A stretch of 63,486 nt of DNA, the filler included, from Octopus bimaculoides (Eukaryota), in NCBI RefSeq assembly GCF_001194135.2. It is 7 parts of 7 records of this genome, joined end to end, with 100 filler letters (N's around TTAATTAATTAA, not from the genome) between each part and the next. Parts side by side here need not be neighbours in the genome. Positions count along the whole stretch, not along the records: positions 1 to 19,036 come from NC_068983.1; 6 more parts are not named here. One strand, written 5' to 3'. Of the stretch, positions 1 through 10,280 are shown piece by piece; within the stretch, counting starts at the first letter, position 1, and each line of letters starts with the position of its first letter. The notes under the pieces were generated by a model. The model was not told where the DNA came from. It searched no databases and saw only the letters and a program-made list of their open reading frames with translations. The position numbers and the translations under genes were made by a program.

Positions 1-53
<53 letters not shown>

Positions 54-215
54 ATACATATATGCATACATGCATACATACATACATACATACATACATA
101 CATAAATACATAAATACATAAATACATACATATAAATATACATACATGCATACATACATACATATATACATGTTTATATGTATGAATGTATGTATGTATC
201 TATGTATGTATGTAT
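1..215. repeat. (TG)n followed by (CATA)n/(TATG)n microsatellites
   Basis: Directly visible simple repeats. Confidence 0.97.
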
Positions 216-439
216 GTATTCGACAGAAATTGTGTACCGTTACTTAACTTTCATGAATGTTTCAAAAACCAGAGGGTTGTGCTGGACTGTACTCAAAAAC
301 CTGCCTTACTTCTTATATCTCTCTGTACAGGGAACATTTTTTTCTTTTAAGCATGTTCTATTGAAGACACCACGGTGTCTTAGAATAAACTGTTATATTA
401 ACTTTTTTTTAATATATAATTATTCATTAGTCGAATGAT

Positions 440-574
440 TGGCTTCCTAACCATATGGTTTTGGGTTCAGTCCCACTGCATGGCATTTTGAGCAAGTGTC
501 TTCCACTACAGCTTCGGTCTGACCAGAGCCTTGAGAGAGGATTTGGTAGGCGGAAGCTGAAAAGAAGCCCGTCG
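440..574 (+). mobile_element. SINE family A (5'-truncated)
   Basis: ggttcagtcccactgc...gcaagtgtctt...gaaagaagcccgtc body shared with copies at 9691, 20331, 51090, 60511, 61872 and 62221; ends in (TA)n. Confidence 0.85.
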
Positions 575-585
575 GATATATATAC

Positions 586-680
<95 letters not shown>
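575..680. repeat. (TA)n microsatellite (SINE tail)
   Basis: Directly visible. Confidence 0.97.
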
Positions 681-684
<4 letters not shown>

Positions 685-999
685 CGCACAAATATATTGA
701 AGAAGAGGTATATGAGTATATTCTTTATGGTGCATGTCTGGTTTCTCTGTTTTTTTCGTTGTTCAAAAAAATGTTCGTTTTCTATGTTTTCGTTTTTATG
801 TTTCATTTCCCATTGTGTTTAACGTTTTATTTTTGATGTCCTGTACCCATATATGCATGTATATATACATATATATGTAGGTATGTACATATATGTATGC
901 ATATATGCATATATTTATATATTATTTATATTATTATATGATCGAACGCCACGCATCCTTTTCCAAGCAAGTTTTGTCTTTATAATTACGATGCGCACT

Positions 1000-1125
1000 C
1001 TTCTTCTATCTCTACTATCTCTTCTCTGTCTATCTCTACTATCTCTTCTCTGTCTATCTCTTCTCTGTCTATCTCTTCTCTGTCTATCTCTTCTCTGTCT
1101 ATCTCTTCTCTGTCTATCTCTCTCC
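1000..1125. repeat. 15-bp minisatellite (ctatctcttctctgt)n
   Basis: About 7 tandem units visible. Confidence 0.9.
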
Positions 1126-1689
1126 CTCTCTTGTTCTTCATCCTTTCTTGTTATTTTCTTTCATTTTGAACCATTGCATCATCTTAGGGAGTAAAATTTG
1201 GTCGGTATAGGTTATGTAGTTGGTAGAAAAATTGGTCAGTATAGTTTAAATAGTTGTTGAAGTTGAGAGTTTGAAACATAGGTGACCGGTACTATTTTCA
1301 AGAAATTTTTCCTCAAATTTGATCCGATTGTTATTGTGGTAGCTAGTAAAAAATATCTGAATAATTTCTGGTGAAGAAACTATTGTGAAGAAGCTATAAA
1401 AAATATTTTATGTTGAGTTTTTACATTTAGTTGAGTTTCATTAATTTCATATTATGCGCTATTTTTCCATAATCCTCTTTCATTTGACCAAGATATTTAA
1501 AATTTTGTTGCATTTCTGATGTCTAAGGATGGATGTTTATGTGCATGACTCTTTTCAAATTTAATCCTGAAGAACTACCTTGTCTTAGTTATTTTTCCCC
1601 GCCTAAATTTGTCTTTTATATGCTCAAAAAGTACAGTGATGATTTTCTGAAATAGTATTCTGAATATATTTATAAGTTTTACTGCTATT

Positions 1690-2070
1690 CATATCTGCAC
1701 ACGGTCTGCTTAGGAGGTTGTTGTGTCCTAGCATATGCTTCCTTTAGTTTTCGGATTTTCCAGCAGTGTTCTCTGTCTATCATTTTAACTTCATCTCACA
1801 GGGGGAGGTGGTCTCTATTTTTCCATACATGATCAGCTATACCCGATTTATCAATATCTTCTCGTGTTACAGCTTTGCGATGTTCCTCTACCTTTATTTT
1901 GAGGGGCTGACATGTTTCGCCTTTGTATAACCTATCACAGCTGCATGGGATGGAGTACACACAGTTTTTGGTCATATTCTCTTCTATTGGTGGTTTTACC
2001 CGAAGGAGATATTTGTGAAGTGTTGTATTACTCTTGAATACTGTGAATCTAAAGTGTAGGTACAAGAAGT
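1690..2070 (-). mobile_element. Penelope-like element, linker + GIY-YIG endonuclease fragment (Poseidon/Penelope-type)
   Basis: ORF 1796-2098: TVFKSNTTL..RVK...NCVYSIPCSCDRLYKGETCQPLKIKVEEHRKAV...KSGIADHVW; continues past a TGA (for W) as DEVKMIDREHCWKIRKLKEA. Confidence 0.85.
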
Positions 2071-3035
2071 GGGCAGATTCTGCATAAGGAGTAGACAACC
2101 ACCGTGTATGTATATCCGGTCACTCTTAGTGCGACAAGTAACATGGAACCCAGTACAACCTGTCCCATGGTCGGGTCGTCGGCAATTAAAGCGGCATCCC
2201 TACTAAGCCGGCTTTGATAGGAGAGTAATTTTCGTAGGAAATCGTGCAGGATGAAAAACAAAACCTGTCACTGGACGGACGAACTTAGTAGTGTCAGTGG
2301 ATATCCAACAGTCGAGAGTGAGAGACTCATTGTCTATGTTTGCACAATTCTCTGGGAGAAGGAAATTCCAAAATATTACCCGCTTTATTACTAAGTCGAA
2401 GATCTTGCACTTGCTAATTTCTGGACTACTTGCTTGCGTGGTTTAGAATCGTAGTGATGTGGCAAACTGTTATTGACTTTTAATTTCAGGATGTGCATTG
2501 CTGACAACCACTGTCTTTAATGTCCAGGATACGATAATTTGTCAGTTACGGTCATACTAATCTACAAGTTCACTGCCATCATGTATGTATGTATGTATGT
2601 ATGTATGTATGTATGCATCGAGGTTCCGAGACTTTCTTGGTCTCATGTTCTAGATTCAATGATTGTTGCATTGGCTGTATATAGTCATATGTTGCAATAA
2701 CCAAGTCGTAGGAACGTCGTTGTATTTGTTTTCTCATTTGTTATTGCCTAAGTTTATTATTTTTTGCCAGTGGCAAGACATATCTTTCAGCAATCAGTAA
2801 ATAGTTTGATCGCAGTGTATGGCCTTGGTTTATTACTACAAAGTGCTATCTGGGTAAATACTACATAAATTTGCACATGCATATATATATATATACACAC
2901 ACACACATATGCATACATACATACACACACACACATATATATATATATGTCTGTATATACATACATACATACATACAATATATGTATGTATGTGTATGTA
3001 TATGTGTATTATATAACATATACATTATAAACTGT

Positions 3036-3240
3036 AGCTTGCAGAAGCGTTGGAGTATCGGGAAAAAGGCCATTCGCTATTTGTTCCAGGTCTTTACGAT
3101 ATGAGTTCAAATCCCTCTGACGAATCCTTTCATCCTTTCGGCGTTAATAGAATAAAGTACCAGGCAAATAATGAGGTCGATGGCACCGAATAAACACCTC
3201 TGTCAAAAATTGCTGGCCTTGTGCCAAAACTTGCAACAAT
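3036..3240 (+). mobile_element. SINE family B (tRNA-derived, diverged)
   Basis: gagttcaaatcc B-box-like motif, tttcatcctttcgg, and the gctggccttgtgccaaaa tail shared with other B copies. Confidence 0.75.
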
Positions 3241-3364
3241 TGATAATAGTAGTATTAAAGTAATTGTAATATATATATATATATATATATTCGGCATGAT
3301 AGATCGCTGACCACTACATTTATATTTTTTCTTCTTGTTTCTCTCCTTGTTTCTTTCTGTGTTC

Positions 3365-3470
3365 CTTTCAGTTGAAGAGCGTAGGCTCAAAACGTCAAAG
3401 ACTTTCTCTATTTCCCGAGCGTTAAACTAATACATCCATTTGTTGTTTACACCACCTGTCTTTGTCTGTT
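3365..3470 (+). mobile_element. Dispersed PLE pLTR-like repeat carrying a degenerate minimal hammerhead motif
   Basis: cttt-cagttga-a-gagc gtag gctc-aaaa-c-gtc-aaag; downstream ~70 bp homologous to 51463-51590, 28630-28770(-), 41550(-) and 52540(-). Confidence 0.6.
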
Positions 3471-4084
3471 GNNNNNNNNNNNNNNNNNNNNNNNNNNNNN
3501 NNNNNNNNNNNNNNNNNNNNNNNNNNNNNNNNNNNNNNNNNNNNNNNNNNNNNNNNNNNNNNNNNNNNNNNNNNNNNNNNNNNNNNNNNNNNNNNNNNNN
3601 NNNNNNNNNNNNNNNNNNNNNNNNNNNNNNNNNNNNNNNNNNNNNNNNNNNNNNNNNNNNNNNNNNNNNNNNNNNNNNNNNNNNNNNNNNNNNNNNNNNN
3701 NNNNNTATGTATATATATATATATATTAGTCTGTGTGGAAAGAGGTTGTTCTTTCCTAGGGATAGTTATCCAAGCGTACACTGGTTTAGCTCCATATCAT
3801 TTAACGATACTGGGAATTCCAGATGTGCATATGTACTAGTGCTTATCGTTGGTTCTTCTCTGATAACTAGGACCTTACACTCTTGAAATCCCAGTTGTCG
3901 CTATAGATGTTTTCATCTTTTCGATATAGGAGAAATATATAATCTCAATATCTATCACTATCACAAATTACTTAGAAACGAAATAACTAAAAACTATAAG
4001 ATAAAAAATAATAAAACTTTAAGAATGATTAACAAAACGACTAAAAGGAAATAATGACTAGTTGTAAGATTGACGACAAAACAG

Positions 4085-4975
4085 AGTCATTCGAACCTAA
4101 ATGACCAAGAATTAACTTAAATGACCATAACCCTAAATTTTAGCAGCAACCCTAGCGTTAGATTGATATGCCCAGGTAAGTCGGACCTTAGAAAGGTTAG
4201 CAAAGCAATAATTGATATATACCTACACTTAGAGACTTATTGAAATTAAAACTATGGTCTAACTTACTAGAAGCACTAAACTACTAGAAGCACTAACTAC
4301 TAGAAGCACTCAACAAAAAGAGTAAAAATCTATCCAAATAGATATTGATAGCTACTATTCATTTATTAACTCTATACTACTAAATAAGACCCTTTTGTTT
4401 GCAAAAAAGAATTCATATCTAAATATGAGCGAAATCATCGTAATACTAGCAGCTAGGAAATCTATTATAAAACTCGATTACAAATACTGGCTAAGAAAGG
4501 AAACTAGTGATAGTTTTGACATAACAATGGGATCTGCTGACTCAGCCCAAGTCACAGATTTAGTGGGAATATACATACTATTTGACTTAGGCAGAGAATT
4601 TCCAGAACTTGGATGGGGTCTATACAGGGATGATGCACTGTTTACCCTGGATAACATCTTTAATAGAAGATTAGAAATATATAAAAAGAGATTTTATAAA
4701 TTTTTCAGAAATATAGGGCTATCCATCACTATCGAAAAGAACATAGGTAAATATAAATCCTACCATAAACGGAATACTAGTCCAAGGTACATTAACGTAA
4801 ATAGTAACCATCCAAGAAATATTACACATAAATTAGTTGAAAATATTTCAAAAACAATTTCAGATCTCTCGGCAAACGAGGAAATCTTTAAGTAGAATGT
4901 GGATTATTATAACATCGCACTAGGTAAAGCCGAATATAAGCAAAAATTAAAATTCCATGAACCAGACTTAAATTC
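4085..4975 (+). mobile_element. Penelope-like element reverse transcriptase fragment (YRDD type), decayed
   Basis: ORF 4395-4895: FDITMGSADSAQVTDLVG, GLYRDD, YINVNSNHP..I...ISKTISDLSANEEIF; upstream NDH.PNF..NPSVRLICPGKSDL.KVSK; continues in frame past a TAG; FLD motif deleted. Confidence 0.85.
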
Positions 4976-5028
4976 TAATAATAGTAACAATATGCAAAAC
5001 AGGATTTGCAATAATGATATTAACATGG

Positions 5029-5077
<49 letters not shown>

Positions 5078-5845
5078 NNNNNNNNNNNNNNNNNNNNNNN
5101 NNNNNNNNNNNNNNNNNNNNNNNNNNNNNNNNNNNNNNNNNNNNNNNNNNNNNNNNNNNNNNNNNNNNNNNNNNNNNNNNNNNNNNNNNNNNNNNNNNNN
5201 NNNNNNNNNNNNNNNNNNNNNNNNNNNNNNNNNNNNNNNNNNNNNNNNNNNNNNNNNNNNNNNNNNNNNNNNNNNNNNNNNNNNNNNNNNNNNNNNNNNN
5301 NNNNNNNNNNNNNNNNNNNNNNNNNNNNNNNNNNNNNNNNNNNNNNNNNNNNNNNNNNNNNNNNNNNNNNNNNNNNNNNNNNNNNNNNNNNNNNNNNNNN
5401 NNNNNNNNNNNNNNNNNNNNNNNNNNNNNNNNNNNNNNNNNNNNNNNNNNNNNNNNNNNNNNNNNNNNNNNNNNNNNNNNNNNNNNNNNNNNNNNNNNNN
5501 NNNNNNNNNNNNNNNNNNNNNNNNNNNNNNNNNNNNNNNNNNNNNNNNNNNNNNNNNNNNNNNNNNNNNNNNNNNNNNNNNNNNNNNNNNNNNNNNNNNN
5601 NNNNNNNNNNNNNNNNNNNNNNNNNNNNNNNNNNNNNNNNNNNNNNNNNNNNNNNNNNNNNNNNNNNAATTGAGTTGCTTCTCCAACATACTGAAAATTC
5701 AGAAATAGCAGTCAAAGAACTACTGATTCCAAACTACAAATTTTTCTCTAAAGCGGATGGCGATATTTATGGCACACATAGAACAAAAACAAAACCGGAG
5801 GGAAAAGCGTAAACAAACCAAATATATATATATATATATACTGTT

Positions 5846-6033
5846 TCCGGGCGAAATGCGAAGCGACATTTCTTCTGCCTTTACGTTCTGAGTTCGAATT
5901 CCATCGAGATCGACTTTACCTTTTATCCTTTCAGTGTCGATAAAATGTGTACCAGTTGAATCTTAGGGTCGATGTAATCAACAAGCCCCTTCCTCCAAAC
6001 TTGCTGGCTTTGTGCCAAAATTTGAAGCCAATA
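5846..6033 (+). mobile_element. SINE family B
   Basis: cgggcgaaatgc...gagttcgaattcc...gtcgatgtaatc...tgtgccaaaatttgaagccaat. Confidence 0.85.
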
Positions 6034-6358
6034 TATTACATAGTTTTGTTCGAATTTTCTGTGGAGGTTATATTTTCTGGAATCCAAGTTTAGGGGTATA
6101 GCTAAGTAATAATATCTTTGTTATTGCTGACGCTGATATTTAATCTAAAATCTTCAAACGTGTCTTTGCTAAACTTATATAGCTTTTAGTTATCTTTATT
6201 ATAGGAGGTAGTCAATCTAAAGTGTTTGTAAAGTCTTACCTCTTGTTTGTCATATATTGCTGTATTTTGAGTGAGTTTAGGAAGAATAATATATTAAGTA
6301 TTTCAGCTACAGGTACTTTGAATTGTGTACATCTCTTACAATTAAGCCAGAACGATAC

Positions 6359-6445
6359 AAGAAGAAGAAGAAGAAGAAGAAGAAGAAGAAGAAGAAGAAG
6401 AAGAAGAAGAAGAAGAAGAAGAAGAAGAAGAAGAAGAAGAAGAAG

Positions 6446-6475
<30 letters not shown>
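6359..6475. repeat. (GAA)n microsatellite, ~38 pure units
   Basis: Directly visible. Confidence 0.98.
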
Positions 6476-6476
<1 letters not shown>

Positions 6477-7045
6477 TTCCTAGCGTTTGTAATTACGATT
6501 ATAACTGGCTAATTTTGGTAATTCTTCTACCAAAACAACTGAGACATTCTGTTCTGGCAGTTTGGTAATGGAAGGATAAAATTATACGATATAAACCACG
6601 TAATTTTGCAGTTACGTTTGTCACTTATATCGTTAAACCACTTAATGGTTGAAACGCTATATTATTCCAAAGAATATTGTCGGCTTGCATAATACTACTG
6701 ATAATCTAAAGAAATTTGGCTAATTTTTACTCGATTTGCTTTTAGGTGTTGGCATTTGCATACATCAGCAAATACTCCATTTGCTGTTCTAATATAAGTG
6801 CAACCTATTTTTAGTGGCTACGAAGGACGACCACATCAGCTGCATCTGTAGCTAATGAAACGCAACTATGAAGAAATGCATGCATCCTATGGTTCGATGA
6901 TGTCAGTCATATCCCAAATGGCGTGTTTTCACATATTGTATATGAGGAGAAGTGAGGAGAATATTTCTCTCGAGACAATGTATGCGCCATATGTCTTTCT
7001 ATGTCCGAGTGAACACGAACATATCAAATATGATTGTACATCCCG

Positions 7046-7094
<49 letters not shown>

Positions 7095-7229
7095 CACACA
7101 CACACACACATATATANNNNNNNNNNAAATTGGTTAATAGATACCAGGGTAGCAAAGATCACAAAATGATTGTGGTGTAACTCCTGTTTATGAGGTAGAA
7201 ACTCCGTTATTTTGGGTATTTGAGTAAAT

Positions 7230-7313
7230 ATAAAATTTAATAAATGGAGTAATACGCATATGTTAAATGAATTCATTTAACATATGCTTATTACTCCATT
7301 TATTAAATTTTAT
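7230..7313. repeat. 84-bp spacerless palindrome (one mismatch)
   Basis: ataaaatttaataaatggagtaatacgcatatgttaaatgaa|ttcatttaacatatgcttattactccatttattaaattttat, centred on GAATTC. Confidence 0.95.
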
Positions 7314-7314
7314 G

Positions 7315-7347
<33 letters not shown>

Positions 7348-7675
7348 TATGTATACGTACACATGTGAATGTGTGTGTTACGCTGATTATTCTTGACGAT
7401 TATCTTAGGAGTACCAGTACTTTTAGAATAATCAGCCATTTCACGATAATTCGATGACTAGGTATATATTTATATGTGCATTTAAACACACATATAAGAC
7501 ATCTAAGGGTATATTTTTTTGTTCCTCCAGTGAAACAAAGTAGATACGCCCAATTGAGTGTGTATTATTTTTTCTGAGATGCCACATTTTCTCACTATTA
7601 TTCCATGTGTAAAGTTCAAGGAAATCAGTATAGTGTAATGTACATGCAAATGAGTTTGCTGGCGATTCCCGGTCA

Positions 7676-8520
7676 ACTCAAATCCTTTTCAGTGAGAGTG
7701 GAGCAGTCATGTGTGTGGATAACATGTTCAATATTATAATCGTCATTAAAGTAAACGTATTGCTGTTGGGGTAAATGAACTGTAAGCTGTTTGACTGCAG
7801 GATATGAACCATGTAATTTGAACCCTAAAATCCTCCAGACTACCTCTGATGAGGACACATAGCGGCCATTGATATAATTTTCAATTTCATCTTTGTGTGT
7901 TTGTTGTGCATTGGTTTGTCCACTAATATTGACTGTCACCCGATCATAACCTTTATGGATATATTTGCTAATATCTTTAACTAATTTTACAGATGCACAT
8001 TACAATGATCTCCATATTTGACTAAAAAGAAGTGGGAATATGGTACTACTGAACGATTATCTAATTCAACATTAGATGTAAAACCATTATTTCGACGTCG
8101 GTAAAGTGGATAGCCATTATAACTGTGTAATGTATTTCCTGAAAGTCTCTATGGAAATGTTTTTTTACATCTCCCATCAGACATACATATTGCATTGGGT
8201 ATATCCCTTCCACATGGAACATGTAGCAAGCTTTTGGTGACATGTTGAAACAGAATTGGTTGTGTTTGTGGATTTGGAAGTTCTGCATAAACAAATTTAT
8301 CATAATGTTCTGGATCTTTTTTTTAATATGAACAACATATGACAATGAGGTAGGCCACGCTTTTGAAACTCTATGGTCCACGTGTACCCTGCAACCTCTC
8401 CCAAAATATTCTCCAAAATATCATGGAAGAGATCCCTAAGTTTCATATTAAATACTCTGTCAGTTAAATCTGGTCTGTCAGCTGGTGTCCGTCCTTAATA
8501 AAGTTCGTCTGTGATACCGG
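7676..8520 (-). mobile_element. Helitron Rep (HUH) domain fragment, frameshifted
   Basis: Minus-strand frames give ADRPDLTDRVFNMKL, GEVAGYTWTIEFQKRGLPHCHML (HUH motif), GYPLYRRR, DNRSVVPY, SKYIHKGYDR and DEIENYINGRYVSSSEVVWRILGFKLH..YPAVKQLTVHLPQQQYVYF. Confidence 0.92.
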
Positions 8521-8557
8521 TCGAGCAACGAAAATTCTGACACAAATGAAAATTAAA

Positions 8558-8627
8558 TTACGGAGATGTACTTGCATAGCAAGCGACTTGGTCTGAGATC
8601 GTGTGCTGAAGCAAAAACAATTGCAGC
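8558..8627 (+). mobile_element. Terminal inverted repeat of an unclassified DNA transposon/MITE family
   Basis: ttacggagatgtacttgcatagcaagcgacttggtctgagatcgtgtgctg...ttgcagc is the reverse complement of 55974-56043; it lies where Helitron coding similarity stops. Confidence 0.6.
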
Positions 8628-9103
8628 GTCTGTCATAGAGATCTCCCAAAAATCTGTTGCTTTAATTTTTAACTACTGTTTTTGGAACACATATTTATGT
8701 AATTTTGATTTTGAAGTATTTAAAAGATTAGTTGGAAATTATAAAGAGAAACGAATAGTAGATTCAGACAGTCCGTATTTTAAAACCACAAATAAAAAAG
8801 TTAAGAGGAGTTTTAGCACGCACTTACGTCATAATTCTGCCGAGTAAACACTATGCAATAAATATTTTTAGATGTATTATATCACAAAAGCAAATCAAAT
8901 TGTATGAATAGAGCGTAAGACTGAACCGCGAAGTAAAAATTTCAAATAGCGTTGACGATAATTTTTGCTTCCGCGCATGCGCATAAACATGTACTCCGGT
9001 CTGGAAAACGCTATAACCGGTTAATGTGTATCACTGGGCATGCGTAACAGGACATACAGAGAAACACCTTTTCTTTTAAATATATTACTAATGATTCGAT
9101 ATA

Positions 9104-9181
<78 letters not shown>

Positions 9182-9186
9182 GATAG

Positions 9187-9660
9187 GAAATAGAAGCAGC
9201 ACCAGTGTAACAAACATTACGAACCACATATTTAACGCACAAGCGTAGGCTGCGATTAGCGCGGTGGAGAATACTCTCTCAAAGTGCCAGATGTTAAAAC
9301 ACCTGAAAGTCATGGACAGGTGAGATAACTCACCCCAGATCCCATTCAGGAGCAAAATACACTGATGTTTCACCATTGTTTTAACTTCTCAACATCACGT
9401 ATCCGAATTGAATCAGCGATGAGTCATATCGCCAGTCCACGACCTATGTGCATATAGTGTGAAAACTATGTGCTAGTATGCCCTGGCAATGCATACGTAA
9501 GAATATATGGAAACATGAAATAGAAGCAGCGTTAGTGTAATAAAAATGATTAAACTCATATATTTAACGAATACAGTTAGTGTATCTCTCAAAGTGACGG
9601 TGTTAAAATATCTGAGTCATGGACAGGCGAGATAACTCACCCCACATTCCATTCAGGAGT
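9187..9660 (+). repeat. Diverged local direct duplication (~150-170 bp units at ~9187-9350 and ~9518-9660)
   Basis: Both units run gaaatagaagcagc...tctctcaaagtg...gtcatggacagg(t/c)gagataactcacccca...cattcaggag. Confidence 0.8.
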
Positions 9661-9690
9661 GATAGACATCGATATATAGATGTATATATC

Positions 9691-9854
9691 TGACGGACTT
9701 CTGTAAGTTTCCATCCACCAAATCTACTTAAAAGACCTTGGTCGACCCGAAACTATAGTAGAAGACATTTGCCCAAAGTGCCATGTAGTGATACCGAACC
9801 CAGAACCACGTGGTAGGGAAACAAGCTTCTTACCACACAACCATGCTTGCGCCT
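9691..9854 (-). mobile_element. SINE family A
   Basis: Reverse complement of the family A body, including its head ggcgcaagcatggttgtgtggtaagaagctt. Confidence 0.85.
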
Positions 9855-10202
9855 AGTAGTTTGTATAAATACAAACTTGCTACCAGTTCAAATATGCTCG
9901 AGGTGTATACACATCACTGCTTGGCGCTGTCACCCCGGGATTTGTTTGCGACGAACCGCTGAGTAGCGCAACTAGTCATTGAACAATGACGGGAATACTA
10001 TAAGAGGGTTCTGTCTCTCGCAGTGGCCACCTTTCCGGGCTCTGTTGCTGAAGAAGAGATTTCCACCCCGCTATTTTAGCAGGGAATAAGCTTTTAAAAT
10101 AACATTTATATCCATATCTTAATTTGATTTCATTCATTTACCTCAACTAAAATTGCCAGTCGACGATGTTTCGGTGTAACACTGTGAGTGGGTACAGCGT
10201 GA

Positions 10203-10280
10203 TTATCTCGTCGCCAGCAAACTACTAACAGAAACAGGACGGAAGTTCAGCATACAATTCTTCTCCTCCGGAGATTTTAT
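10203..10280 (-). mobile_element. Possible non-LTR RT remnant (domain-1 RP motif)
   Basis: KSPEEKNCMLNFRPVSVSSLLATR resembles the xYRPIS motif of LINE RTs; truncated by a gap. Confidence 0.35.

Noticed and set aside
1255-1600. Additional PLE thumb/linker remnant (TITIGSNLRKNF)
   Set aside because: The resemblance is too weak and stop-ridden to support by eye.
6323-6568. Poly-Lys/poly-Arg ORFs
   Set aside because: They are products of the (GAA)n microsatellite.
9040-9100. Helitron 5' TC terminus
   Set aside because: It is separated from the Rep fragment by another element's TIR, so linkage is not demonstrable.
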